A DNA stretch of 63,398 nt, the filler included, from Salisapilia sapeloensis CBS 127946 (Eukaryota > Protista > Oomycota), in the NCBI GenBank assembly GCA_023334545.1. It is 7 parts of 7 records of this genome, joined end to end, with 100 filler letters (N's around TTAATTAATTAA, not from the genome) between each part and the next. Parts side by side here need not be neighbours in the genome. Positions count along the whole stretch, not along the records: positions 25,630 to 43,457 come from JAADVB010000332.1; positions 43,558 to 54,494 come from JAADVB010000438.1; 5 more parts are not named here. One strand, 5' to 3'. Shown piece by piece: positions 31,660-43,863 of this stretch. Below the pieces are notes generated by a model that was given only the letters and a program-made list of their open reading frames with translations, was not told the origin of the DNA and made no database searches. Each line of letters starts with the position of its first letter. Position 1 is the stretch's first letter. A program made the translations under genes and the position numbers.

Positions 31660-32976
31660 ACAGTCAAGTATGGCGCTAAAAGTTCGTTTTGATTAATAAA
31701 GCGTGCGCATAGCAGGTTTGAATACGCGTAGTTAACGGTTGGTTAGCTTACCTGAGAATCAATTGCTTGGGTATGTGGTGCAATGAGGAGGAAGCAAAGT
31801 GAGACTTGATGGGGTTACGAAAGCGAGTATATAGCTACTCCGTTTCAATCGAAAGATACTTGAGCAAGAATTTGATGGTTCTGAAACCCCCGACGATAGC
31901 CTTTATCGTTGTTGCTACGGTGAAGCTTATATCAACTAGTGGAAGCAATGCGCAAATGCTAAAGCTCGATCTAATTCGCTCTTCGGTGATGTTTTAGACT
32001 TCGAACCAAGGAAAATATGTACTGTCGTTTCAAAACCCTCCTACGCTACTCTATCGAGCCGTTAGCTACTAGCACTTCGCATCTACCGGACATGTTAGTG
32101 TGAAGAAGATCCAAGACTATACCCATCCGTATCCGAGATATGAGACGTGAAGAAGTACATATTAGATTAGTTTGTGGCAGTATTAGAACTCATTGATGTG
32201 AGAACTAGGTACATTTGGCTTGATCCACTTCAATGCTGATACAAAGTCCTGGATTCTGACGTACCAGTCGCTCAACGGCTATTGCTTGAGATCATGTAGC
32301 AAAGGTTGTTAGGTAAACTAAACATGTTGGTAACCTAGGAAAATGCTTCATTATTTGCTCTACACTTTATACTACTTTCAGCTTCGAAGCTTATCATCTC
32401 TTATTTCTTGACTACATGATATGTGCCAACGTTGATGTAGTAGAACGATTGCTACTTGAAAGCACAAGTTTGGGATGGGGGTGACTCGAACAGTCACCAT
32501 CGTGGTGAGAGCATAGTCCGATTCGCAAATTCAATGTTGTCCTTACCAATCGACGCACTGATAGCACAGGACAAACCATAATCACATTGCTAGCTTGGCT
32601 CGACACGCCAAATGAACTTCCACAACGAGGCAAAACTGCTGATCAAAGTGACCTGAAACGGCTCACTTCAACATGAAAATCGTGGTAACTAAGAGCTACT
32701 TAAAATCATGTATTTTGAACTAGTTTTCACTCTATAAGCTCTATTCTATTCAAACTTTTGTTCATGCCAGACTCTGCCAGCCTGCTTCTCAGTTTCTTCA
32801 TGACGGGATAAGTTGATGGCGATAGCGCACGTCTTCGTGGTAGAAGGGGTGCCATATGATATCAATAGACACTTTAACCAAGTCAAGCATACAAAAATAG
32901 TGTCAACTATACTGTATTCAAGATGATTGTATCCATCGACACTTGAACTCGTCGATGCGTCATTTTGATAGCAACG

Positions 32977-33849
32977 ATGGGCTTATCATCAGAGCAGCTC
33001 GCTTCGTTCGAGGAAGACGGCTACCTCCATATTAAAGGAGCCCTCTCCCCTGAAACTTGCGACAAACTCCGGGAGAAAGCAGCCCACTACGTTGCGCAAT
33101 GTGACCCAAAGGAGCACACGTCGGTGTTCACAACGGACGATCAAACGCGAAAGATGAATGACGAATACTTTCTTTCTTCTGGCGACAATATCTCCTACTT
33201 TTTCGAAGAACATGCTTTTGATGAGAAGAATGTGTTGCAAGTGCCATTGAACCAGGCGATCAATAAGATTGGTCACAACCTTCATAACCTGGATCCGGAT
33301 TTCAAAGACGTGAGCTACTCGGATAGCGTCAAGGACATTGTCAAGTCTCTTGGGTACAGGAAACCCATGGCAGTGCAATCCATGTACATCTTTAAGCAAC
33401 CTCGTATCGGCGGAAAGGTTAGTCCGCACCAAGACGGCACGTTTCTATACACCCGTCCGCAATCCGTGGTAGGTCTTTGGTGGGCATTAGAGGACTGTAC
33501 ACCAGAAAATGGCTGCCTGTACGGTGTCCCAGGGTCGCACAAGGGACCAGTGAAGCAACATTTCCGACGCACGACGGAAGAAGAGCAGAAGGAATCTGGG
33601 CAATTACTTCTGAAAGAGCCTGAAAACGTTGAATTGGACATTGAAGGAAGCAAACCGATTTTAACCAAAAAAGGAGACTTGGTGTTATTGCACAGCTCTT
33701 TGGTTCACTACAGTAATGCCAATACGTCAGATCACTCGCGTCATGCCTACTCGATCCATGTCGTTGAAAGTGATCAAGTCGAGTATCCAAGGGAGAATTG
33801 GCTACAGACGTCGGATGGAAGTGACTTTAAGCAGCTTTATGACGAGTAG
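32977..33849 (+). CDS. PHYHD1: Phytanoyl-CoA dioxygenase domain-containing protein (Fe/2-oxoglutarate dioxygenase)
   Basis: INKIGHNLH, QSMYIFKQPRIGGKVSPHQDGTFLYT, NGCL...PGSH, H...H.S..N.S..SR.AY motifs; HxD...H facial triad intact. Confidence 0.93.
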   Translation: MGLSSEQLASFEEDGYLHIKGALSPETCDKLREKAAHYVAQCDPKEHTSVFTTDDQTRKMNDEYFLSSGDNISYFFEEHAFDEKNVLQVPLNQAINKIGHNLHNLDPDFKDVSYSDSVKDIVKSLGYRKPMAVQSMYIFKQPRIGGKVSPHQDGTFLYTRPQSVVGLWWALEDCTPENGCLYGVPGSHKGPVKQHFRRTTEEEQKESGQLLLKEPENVELDIEGSKPILTKKGDLVLLHSSLVHYSNANTSDHSRHAYSIHVVESDQVEYPRENWLQTSDGSDFKQLYDE

Positions 33850-34019
33850 CTCGACTAAGCATGTACAATGCTGTTGGTAGCAAAACGCTTGAAAAGTAGT
33901 TTTGTCGTTTCCATGCCCATTGTTCCGTTTTATTGTATTTAAAATATTTGTCTTTAACTTGTAAGGAAATGCTACTTGTTGGTGAGATGATTGACAAAAC
34001 GAGTAACACGATCGGTCAA

Positions 34020-34813
34020 ATGGTGATGGATATGCTTCCAGTGCTCTTCCTGGCTGCATTCCTCATCGTTGTGTACTATGCGTATCGTGTACTATTGCCA
34101 AACCGACTCAGAGTATCTCTGCACGAATATCATGCTTCATACTCTTTTCTTGGTGAAGCAAAAGGTAGTGAACGAGTCCGGGTATTGGTCGTGCTCGGCT
34201 CTGGCGGCCATACTACCGAGATTTTAACACTTATGAAAAAACTGGATACTTCTGTGTACTCTCCGACGCTGTATGTGGTTGCAGCAACAGACAAGACAAG
34301 TGAAGAGAAAGCTAGGAACGAACGCAAGATAGAGTCCAAGGACAGCTTTGTCTACATCCCTCGCAGTCGAGAAGTAATATCTGTCTTATGATCACCTTTA
34401 TCGAGTGTATTCAACAGTATCAATAGGTTGGACAATCGTGGAGCTCCTCTGTGTGGACGACCCTTGTTTCCTTTTGGAGTTGCCTACGATACGTCTACGA
34501 CTACAATCCAGACCTAATTCTATGCAATGGGCCAGGTACAGTCCCCATTCCAAATACTCGCTACAAGCGCATATTAAATCACCGTGCAACGTTAGGTACA
34601 TGTGTCCCCATCTGCTTCTCCATCTTGCTTTTCCGATTGCTTCGGTTACCACAAGGCGACTGTCGCATCATCTTTAGCGAAAGTTTTGCTAGGGTCCGAA
34701 CGTTGTCGCTTTCTGGCAAGATACTATACTATTTCGCCGATGAGTTTCTCATCCACTGGCAACAACTCCAACAAGCATACCCTCGCACGAGGTATCTTGG
34801 TGTGATCTGCTAA
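34020..34813 (+). CDS. ALG14: UDP-N-acetylglucosamine transferase subunit ALG14, 3 exons
   Basis: VLVVLGSGGHTTE, IPRSRE|VGQSW, PDLILCNGPG|TCVP and ESFARV..LSLSGKILY motifs across two GT-AG introns. Confidence 0.93.
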
Positions 34814-35311
34814 TGACGACATGGTCTCGTGGCATGTTCAAATGGTACATTTATGGTACCCTAATCCTGAGTACACTGGTCGAAATCGATCGGACGGCAG
34901 ACATGCTTCATACAAAAATAGAGATTTGTCGTTTTCCTACTCCAATCGCAGCGTTAGTATCTCTCTCTCTTCGACTTGCTGACGGACCTCGTAACAATCG
35001 GACGGCCGGGAAGACAGTTTTCGACGGGAAACCCCAGTATTTGACATCCAAGGTGATGATACAACAACGCTCCTTAGGTGGTGGAAGCCAATCCTCCATG
35101 TCGACACAGACGCTCGTGCAAAATAGAGCGAATGCAGCCGGAGTTGATAGGGTACATCCACCACAAGCAGCCATTCCTTCTATATTCTAGACAAATATGA
35201 TTGCTCGGATGCAATATCGGTGCCATGTACCACTGATGTTGACATCACGAGTCGATCTGTTCCCACCTCTTTATCGATACGATGGCTCATGCAGCATGTT
35301 GCTTCAAATAG

Positions 35312-36381
35312 ATGGTGACCGTGGCAGCGACACAGATGAACGCTAGTAACCAGGAGGACAATATCAAGAAAGCCGAGTCCCTTGTCCGCATCGCATCCTC
35401 TCGTGGTGCTCAAATTATCGTTCTGCAGGTACACTATCCGTACATCTAGATGGAAGTAGTCGATTCATGTCTTCTGTAGGAGTTATTCCAATTTTCCTAC
35501 TTTCCAGTGGAAGCCAATCCGAACAACTTTCGAATGGCAGATACGTTGGAAGAATCTGCTTTGGTGCAAGGCATGGCATTACTAGCCAAAGAACTTCGTG
35601 TCGTGCTTCTCATCAGTTTCTTCGAGCGACATCTCAATTCGTACTACAATTCATGTGCTGTCATTGATGCCGATGGTTCAGTCCTTGGTGCCGTTCGAAA
35701 GATGCATGTTGGAGGTATCCATTTCTTACGTAACCTCTACCAAATGAGTGGAAACTTAGAATTATATCGACAGATCGATTGGGGTACAACGAAAGCTACT
35801 ACTTTACACCATCCAATCACCCTTTCCAAGTCTGGAATACCGTATGGAATCTACTTTTTATTATAAATGAACACAAGCTAAGATGGGTGTAGCGATATGG
35901 TCGACTTGGTGTCGCCGTCGGATCCGACCAATGGTTCCCGGAAGTTGCTCGAGGTCTTGTGCTCAAGGGAGCAGAGATGCTAGTCTTCCCAAGTGCCTTA
36001 GGCTCCAACCTAAACGATCCATCGGTGGATTCTCGAGACCAATGGCAGCGTGCGATGCAAGGTCATGCTGCATCTAACATGGTGCCAGTCGTTGCGTCCA
36101 ATCGTGTAGGAAGTGAAGTTGTGGACGGTCGTCAAATCACATTCTGTGGTAGCTCCTTCATCGCTGGTCAAACAGGCGAGATGGTATACACTATCCTTCA
36201 TATCCTCTCGGCATGATTTTTAACATGACAGTAGTTGAAAGTCGCGGATCGAGAGTCGGAAGGTGTTTTGGTTGAAAGCTTTGATTTGGATAAACTCCAC
36301 GTCCGTCGTGCATCCAGTGGACTTTTGCGTAATCGACGTCCGGATATGTACCAGTCGATCTTGACACGCGACGGAAATTAG
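35312..36381 (+). CDS. N-carbamoylputrescine amidase-like (nitrilase superfamily) protein, 5 exons, catalytic Cys replaced by Gly
   Basis: Spliced product has LQ|ELF (Glu), RKMH (Lys), GVAVGSDQWFPE (canonical GVAICWDQWFPE), MQGHAASNMVPVVASNRVG and RNRRPDMY; an upstream exon cannot be excluded. Confidence 0.85.
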
Positions 36382-36417
36382 AAAAATAAGCGTAATCGAA
36401 TGGAAATGCAGAATGGT

Positions 36418-37602
36418 CTATTCGTTTTGAAAGCTACTTTGAACGAGCGAAGCTATTTCTAAGCAATCCTGTAGCGTGAGTCTCGTTTCGTCATGGATTT
36501 GGAGATCTCTGATTAAGGTGTTAAAGTCGTCCGTATCAATATCGCTCACGTTCGCATCGGCATAGAGCTGGTGGAGTGATCTACCGAAAATATAGTCTTC
36601 GTCATCTAAATTGCGATCACCTTGAATCGTTTCAGCTTTTTCAATAAATGCAGTGATAATCGACGAGATGGTTGAGTCATCAAGAGGTAGCTCGGAAGAT
36701 GAAGAGGAGGACCGATTGAATCGAATACGAGCGATGCTTTCACGTATAACGTGCTCAGGATCTTGGAGTTCAAGCTAGTACGGAAGCAAGATTAGGTAGG
36801 TCGCAACGTATCCTGAAGGTGTACGTACGAATGGTAAGGAAGACGCTTCAATTTCTGCTGGTAGGTCAGAAGACAATGCTTTGTATGGAGAATCATCCGT
36901 GATAGATGCGTAGCTTCCACAGTAAGGCGTGTCATTGGCCCATTCGCCTTCATATAATTTGTTTGTTGAGGCGTAAAAGTGCCGACCTGGTCCCTCCTTT
37001 TTGTCTTCTGACCAGTAGCCTTCATACACGTCTCCATTTGCTATCTCCAGACGCTTACTCAATGGTAGATTAGTCGAAAGTAGTAGTCACATACCCATAC
37101 GATAGACACCAAAGCCGGATCGTTCATTTGACTCCCAATCTCCATCGTATACACTGTCGTCTTCATAGAACATTTTTCCTTTACCCTGCTTTTTTCCTCG
37201 CCTCCATTCTCCGTAATATTTCCGACCAATGCCTTCATAGCTTTCCCCCAGGCCGTCTCGCTTCCCAAGTTGCCACTCGCCGCAATATTCTTTACGCAGC
37301 TTCGGCTTTTTACCTTTACCGACTGGTATGTACAACGTTCCTTCACCGTCTCTCCTATCCTCTTTCCAATAACCTTCATATTTGCTACCATCCGAGTACT
37401 CATACACTCCGTAGCCATGTTTCATTCCATCAACCCAATGGCCAGTGTACTTCCCCGTTACAGTGTAAGATTTAGACTGTTTAGTTACTTGATTGGAACT
37501 GTCTGGGTCTGGATCTCCCTTGCGTACCCAATAGACCGACTTGCGTGGACCATTTCGAGCAGCTAGTCGGTCACGAAGTTGGCTTGGTGTTAGCGTATCC
37601 AT
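36418..37602 (-). CDS. MORN-repeat protein (MORN3-like), 3 exons
   Basis: Multiple YxGxWxxGxxxGxG repeats; introns at approx. 37033-37084 and 36777-36830; last exon starts LELQDPEHVI, as in MORN3-type proteins. Confidence 0.85.
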
Positions 37603-38558
37603 GAATTTAAAGCACCTTTATCGTACGAATAGTTGACTGAGCGAAGACTCTAATACCGTCTACCAAACCAATAGAGCGTGCTATCGAAAAAATGGCCTGA
37701 GGAGATAGAATGGAGCGAAACTAAAAATAGAGAAGTCCAAATAGATTCATAGACACGAATTTGGAGATCATACCGCAAAACAGTGCCGACCCGTAGATAT
37801 GCCTGCACGGTATGTGTTCACTACGGCGGTAATGAGATAAGTCTGGCTTCTGACTACTTACAACAGCTCTTTGATTAATCTCATAGCTTAAACTAATAGC
37901 TCTACTTCTAGCTGAAAGAGATAATATGAAGATACAAACAATTCGGATGCGTGCTATATATTGGTGCCATCTTTAAAAACACCAACTGATGATCTCTTAA
38001 ATGTTGCACAAAGTGGATGGGAATGAGTACTGTGCCAACCATTGTGAAAAGAAAGTCAATTGAAAAATATATAAATCCCGCAGAAGCTCAAACGAAAGAA
38101 GAACGCACAATGTGCGGGCAATGCTCTTTGGATAAAATGTACGCTGATCTATTTTCAGTGATGGAATGAGTTGACATTGAGGTCCAATTGACGACTGGTA
38201 TCAATCAAATCCCGCAGGACACTACCTTTTCTTACAAGACTCTTTCTATATAGAAGCAAAAAACATGTTTTTTGCAGCTATAAGAATGCGTCTATGTTCG
38301 AATAGAACTGAGAGATAGGTATTATTTCATCTGTACGGTTCATTCAGTAGAGTAGGCGACGTAATGATAGCTTTTACATCGATTGTGAATCCAACGCAGA
38401 TGTATCTATAATCGAGTCGTTGGGTAATCTAAGGTCAGCTTCGACAAAGCGTTGTTATCCTATGTTATGCCTTCATTTTCAAGCTAGCCACGTAACTCCC
38501 AAACAATCGATCAAGTTTCGTCCAAGTTTCCAGCCTAGTAGCACGTTTGATTTACGAA

Positions 38559-39056
38559 ATGACGCGTTTCCACCGGCTTTACCTTCTACTCGTCGCAGCT
38601 TTCTTCGTCATTAGCATATCGACTTGCATCGCCAGCCAATCTAAAAAGGGATGGGAAAAAGAGGCATTTATGACGCGCAGTGAAGTTAACGATATTCGAA
38701 GTGCGCACAATGAGTTTGCACTAAGCGAGGACGACAGTCATAGTGCTATCGCAAAAGACGTGTTGGCTGATGTAATTAAAGAGAATAAACTAGGCGCTGC
38801 ATCTAAAAACCTTCGCCAGCGCTTGCGCGATTATGATCTGGTCTGCGAGGTGGCGTACGTGCAGAAGATCCGTGTTGCGTGCTTTGGAGATCCAGCTCCT
38901 GTCGAAAGAGGTCAATGTCGAGATAGAGCTATGGAGTTTGTGAAGAAGAAGAAGAAGATTTTCGAGGATAGCTTATTCGATTACATTGGTGTTGCATTCC
39001 AACCGAAGAATCGTTGGAATTACTACGCAATTCTCATTACCGGAGGTTGCTACTGA
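38559..39056 (+). CDS. Small secreted protein, possible divergent CAP/SCP domain
   Basis: Signal peptide; EVNDIRSAHNEFALSED and IFEDSLFDYIGVAF..YY resemble the first helix and last strands of CAP/SCP domains. Confidence 0.6.
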   Translation: MTRFHRLYLLLVAAFFVISISTCIASQSKKGWEKEAFMTRSEVNDIRSAHNEFALSEDDSHSAIAKDVLADVIKENKLGAASKNLRQRLRDYDLVCEVAYVQKIRVACFGDPAPVERGQCRDRAMEFVKKKKKIFEDSLFDYIGVAFQPKNRWNYYAILITGGCY

Positions 39057-39561
39057 ACGGAACTTGTCGATATGAAGCAGACAAGATAGTGAACTTCAGA
39101 ACTACCTTTAAGCCAAACAGCTTCATCTAATCTTTCGTTATCTTGTAGCATTTCGAATTGACAAGTTGACAATATAACTGAGCTTTATATCTCTTTAGCT
39201 CCTTGTTGTACTATATAAAAAATTATAAATACTTCTTAGCACTACTCAACATTTGCTATCGGTCTCATTGTGTTTAATTATCCTGTTGTATAGTGAATAT
39301 ACACGTTGGAACCTGGAGCGTAGTCCCATAGATGATGTTCACAGGAATCAACGTCCCAATCAGAAGCATTGCTAAGACCTGAATACATTCAGATATTTCC
39401 AAAGTAAACTGAAAGCCTGTATGAAAACGATAGATAACCGAGGTTTAGAAAAAAAAGCATGCGTCAATCGGATGAATTGGCAGAGGGCACAAGTCGTAAA
39501 GGCGAAAGGTAAGGAAGAAAGAAATATACAAGAATAGTTAAAAGATGCGTAAAATTTTTTG

Positions 39562-40952
39562 TTATTTTGGCAATGGAGCAGAGAGATCGTTGTCCAATGC
39601 ATTGCTTCCATCTTGACTTTCCTTTTGCTTACGACTCTTTCGTTTATGTCGATGGAAGATGAATGCAGCAACGACGAGGACGACAATTGCAGCGATGATT
39701 CCACCTGACAATTCGCCCTCTTCTACGACGCATACTTGGTAGGAAGTACCCTCAATCGTCTTAACTTCACCGTCCTCGCAGTCGGATATATCACTCGACC
39801 GATCTACTGGAAGTGATACATTCGCTTTATTGAAAACTTCGAGCATTTCCTGTGTCACTGTTCGATCATTGTGGAGGGTATCCGTGATATTCCTATACAT
39901 TCGGTTTGCATGTTAGTCATGTTACTTTCCATGAGCACATTGATAATACTTAGAGTGTCTCAAGATTTTTTGCTGTTGCAAGAGCTCGCGGGACTTCATG
40001 AGCGCCATTATACATGATTCTATGGTAACCCAGTTAAAATACCACTTTTATGTAGTATATGTATATCTATAGTTACATGGTCCGAGCGTTTTCAAGGTTG
40101 AGGTCATCTGGGAGAGCGAGATGAATATTTTGACTCCGGTCTCTGGTGTTCATAGCAAAATCGGTAAGATGAAGTTTCCTACATTATCGCATGATATAGA
40201 AAAAATTACATGTATTCAGCTGTACTCAAGTAGTCTTCTCCCGGCATCGTGCGTGCGAAGTTGTTGTTCATGATAAAGGTTTTAATGTCCAAATCTTTAA
40301 AAGCTTCATCCCAGTCCGGCATGTTATTTTCAATCTCCGAATACTGGTCGTCATAAAAGCTAAAACGATCGAACTAAATCGCTTTGAGACCCTTTCCAGA
40401 GGAGAAGGTTTCGTCCGTAATATGAATCTTGAGTTGATCTGGTGCCGATCCTTTCCACTCATAAACAAATTTACTACAGAACCCATCATTAGCAAAGTTT
40501 ACAGAGAATAGCTTCAATAATGGAGCGGCAAGCACATAGAGCGTCTCAATTTGGTCAGGGATCCGGACATCTATTTCCCTAATGTAGTCCTTAAAGAACC
40601 ATGGTGCAGAGGGTTTACCTGCCCCGGTATAATTGCCGTCGATAACAGTCAAGTTAAAACTGGAGCTATCATCGTCGTAGAGATGGAAGCACTGGTAGAC
40701 ACAATCAGAATCGTCCGTAGGTTCGCACTCTCCAGAGGTGTAGGATACGTTTCCGATATCGCTTTTATCGCTCTGTTTGCATCCATTGCTAAAACCTAGT
40801 GTGTTTACCTTGTAAGCTACGCATGCATCATAGCCATCGCAATGGTCATCGCACTCGGTGGTAAGTCTATTGCTTTCAGTATTGCAACCAGAGGTGACAA
40901 TAGCAAATAGACAGTGACTAGCCAAAGTAGTCCATCGTTTGTTTAAAACCAT
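39562..40952 (-). pseudogene. Decayed LRR receptor-like protein (paralog of the 26027 kinase ectodomain, no kinase domain)
   Basis: Shares C..YDACV.Y...YQCF and DC.DGE...QVCV motifs with the 26027 gene; in-frame TAG at 40374-40376; two expected donors read CT instead of GT; stop 30 aa after the TM. Confidence 0.65.
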
Positions 40953-41499
40953 CCTGCTTAGGCTGTAGTCGTCAAATTTGAAAGTAAGTGACTGATGATA
41001 TGTCCATGGATATAATCTTTGGTAGTGATGGGTTGCTTCACTAATTGACTAGCACGGATTTTTAGATGTGCACCTAAAAAGGTATCGACGACGAGGTTTC
41101 ATAGAGTCCACAGCGATATTTACAAAGTTATAAAATTTAAATGGATAGCGTTGAGCTGTAAAGGTGATATGTTTCTACCCGTCAGCTGACTCGCAATATG
41201 GGCTGTTCGGATGGTAGCAAGGCATCAGCTTTGTTTTAAAAACCACACATACTACTTTAACGCTTGTTCGTGGACTGTTTGGCCAGACAGTATCATTCAC
41301 TTTTGGCTAGATCACACTTTCATGGCTTAGGAACTGCAAGCAAGGGGGTATTCATTCCGTTTTTACAGCACTACGTCTATCAAACAAACTCTATTTCACT
41401 ACCGCAGTTGTATGCAGACGAAGTCGACTACTTTATCATTGAAGTTGTAATGGGTGCAGTATCTTTTAAAGGGCTCGGTTTGACACAGAAAGTTGTCCT

Positions 41500-42150
41500 A
41501 CACTTCGCAGACGAATCCTGGCCACAAATTCAAGGTGTTAAAACGTCAACATATTGTGGCTGCAAATTGACGGACAAACTATCGATGCGTTGCTTTTGCA
41601 ACGGCAAAACAGACTTTCAACTTCTTACTATTAGATGTCCAGCCTTGGTGCCTATGCTCGGTGCTCAGTCATTCCAAAAATAATACTCTAACTGTTCGGT
41701 TTCGACTGAATTATTAGTACACGAACGCTTGATGAATTAGAAATTAATGCTTCTTTCATTCCTGGCAGACTATCATACATCAGGCACGTGTACACGCTGT
41801 GCTTTGATAGCTACGCCCAAATGCTGGAGGTAGGTTAATATGACCCACAATGCCTACGATGCATGGTACATACTTGTAAAATAGAACTTTATTTGCCGTA
41901 AATGTGCCGAGCAAAGACCGGCGATAGTACTGTCATCCTGCGACAACTACGTCGGGGGCTGCCACCTAAAACCAAACATCTACAGCGTTGGTATCGACCA
42001 AATCGATATCTTTCTTGCTGCGTCAATGTCTTTTCGTACACCCATCATCCACGAGCTTTTAACAAAACGGCACATCTAGCCGCTAATATTGCAATGGATG
42101 CACAGAAAAGGTTCCAAACTCACACACCGGACCACACCCAGCGTTTTCTC
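41500..42150 (+). mobile_element. Degenerate retroelement fragment with archaeal/plant-type RNase H (probably oomycete L1-like)
   Basis: YTLCFD..., GDSTVILRQL...PPKTKHLQRWY...HHPRAFNKTAHLAANIAMD; broken by stops and frameshifts. Confidence 0.6.
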
Positions 42151-43457
42151 ACATTCAATGATGACTGCCAAACGACATCCGTCAGTGATATCATTGTGCG
42201 CTTCTCAGCAATCCAACCTTCGATACAGGCTTCACCCAAGACCCTCATCAGCTATTCTCGTTCACTTCGATAGAGTAATATTGTCTAGGTACGGAATAAC
42301 AAAATAGATGATCGGTTTAACCTAAAAATAGATGGACGTGTACTTTTTCGATTCCATCCGTAATGGCACCATAGCCGATTGACGGTAATTTTCACAAAGC
42401 TACTTGACCGATTTATATCCATGGTATAAATTAATTTTGACAGTTATATCACATCCTACAGCTCTCCAAAGGTGAAGTTGTGGAAATTGCCAGTTGCAAA
42501 CTAGTTGTGGCTAATTGAGCAAAGATTTTTAATATTAGGCCAGCGGCACACTTCCGCTATGGTAAAATAGCTAGGCCGTGTTCACGCAGGATACCGACTC
42601 GGCATGATTGGGATCCACCATTTGAAACTATTCTTGATAATCGAATCGGACAGCTCTGCTTTCGTTGCGAATAGTCGAATTTGCTTTGCCACTTGCCATT
42701 GAAAACCCAATGTAGCCCTTTAATACAACTTTCCCCACTAAATCCAATGCATAAGCGAGTCTTCTGTACTGCCAATGGAGATGCGAATTCATATCCTTGC
42801 TTTATGTCTTGGTCTTTCACCGAATCAGGAGGAAACCATCTTCGAGAAGACTTCAAGTCACGCCTGGTGCTCGACATGTGCAAATTTGAAAAAGTGCGCG
42901 AAACAGTCGCTTCGTTTGACGAGCTCTTCGATTTACTTTCGCTATTAAGCCTTTCGCTATTACTTCGGACAAAACATAGTATGGTGGTGGACAGAAATAT
43001 TGACCGATAATTGTAACGTGCACTGCACTCCGTTCAACTGAATTAGCGAAGAGCTCAATAGCCCAAGTAAATCGAATGAAAGTTCAACCTGAAGGACTTC
43101 CGGCGATCAACCAGGATACGCTCAACGCCATTCTCGCCAAAGCATGATAGAGGGAAGGCCAATGTACGCGGATAGGGATGTATAGCTGTAATACCAAACT
43201 TGATATCGATCTCAAAGTAAGCAACTTGGTATAACTATTTGGCATCATCTTTGGCCTTTGAGTACAATTACACCGATTATTTGCTACGATTAACTCTTCA
43301 TAGATTCAACAAGACTATAAAAGAGGAAGAAGAAATGATGAAAAACAAAGTTTCTTGTAGTATTTGAGCATTACAGATAAACTAGACTAGTAGCTTAGCT
43401 GCTGTATGCATGAAGATAAAGTCGATTAAGCGTACGCTGGTAAAGTGTCGGGTGGAC

Positions 43458-43557
43458 NNNNNNNNNNNNNNNNNNNNNNNNNNNNNNNNNNNNNNNNNNN
43501 NTTAATTAATTAANNNNNNNNNNNNNNNNNNNNNNNNNNNNNNNNNNNNNNNNNNNN
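43458..43557. other. Artificial contig spacer
   Basis: 44N-TTAATTAATTAA-44N. Confidence 0.98.
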
Positions 43558-43863
43558 ACTCCCGAAACACGCCAGTCTCGTCCCTCGTCCTCTCTTCCGG
43601 AAGAGCAGCGTTGCCACCGTCAAGCACGTGAAGACGATCGGCAGGTCCAGGACCGACGTGTACACCTCTTTCGCAGTGCAGAACACTACCCACACGGCCG
43701 CATTGCACACCACAACAGGCGCAATCGCAGGCAACGTGAGCAGGCTGCCGACGACGTACCAGACCGCGAGGAAAATCGACACGAACGGGGACAGTAGGAG
43801 CAGACCGATGCTAAGTCGTCTGGATCGGAACGACGGTCGTGGCGGCTTATAAACTCTAATCAA
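43558..43863 (-). CDS. 5' fragment of a hydrophobic membrane protein truncated by the contig end
   Basis: ATG at 43863, two to three hydrophobic segments, frame open into the gap. Confidence 0.45.

Noticed and set aside
31840-32830. Possible multi-exon minus-strand gene (for example ENITEERIRSSFSICALLPLVD...)
   Set aside because: Could not assemble a consistent exon chain or identify a family.
34813-35190. 125-aa ORF whose ATG overlaps the ALG14 stop (TAATG), like bacterial translational coupling
   Set aside because: No motif support; eukaryotic context; likely chance in the amidase promoter region.
38559-39056. RxLR effector interpretation (QRLR)
   Set aside because: Not a true RxLR, about 85 aa from the start, and no downstream EER.
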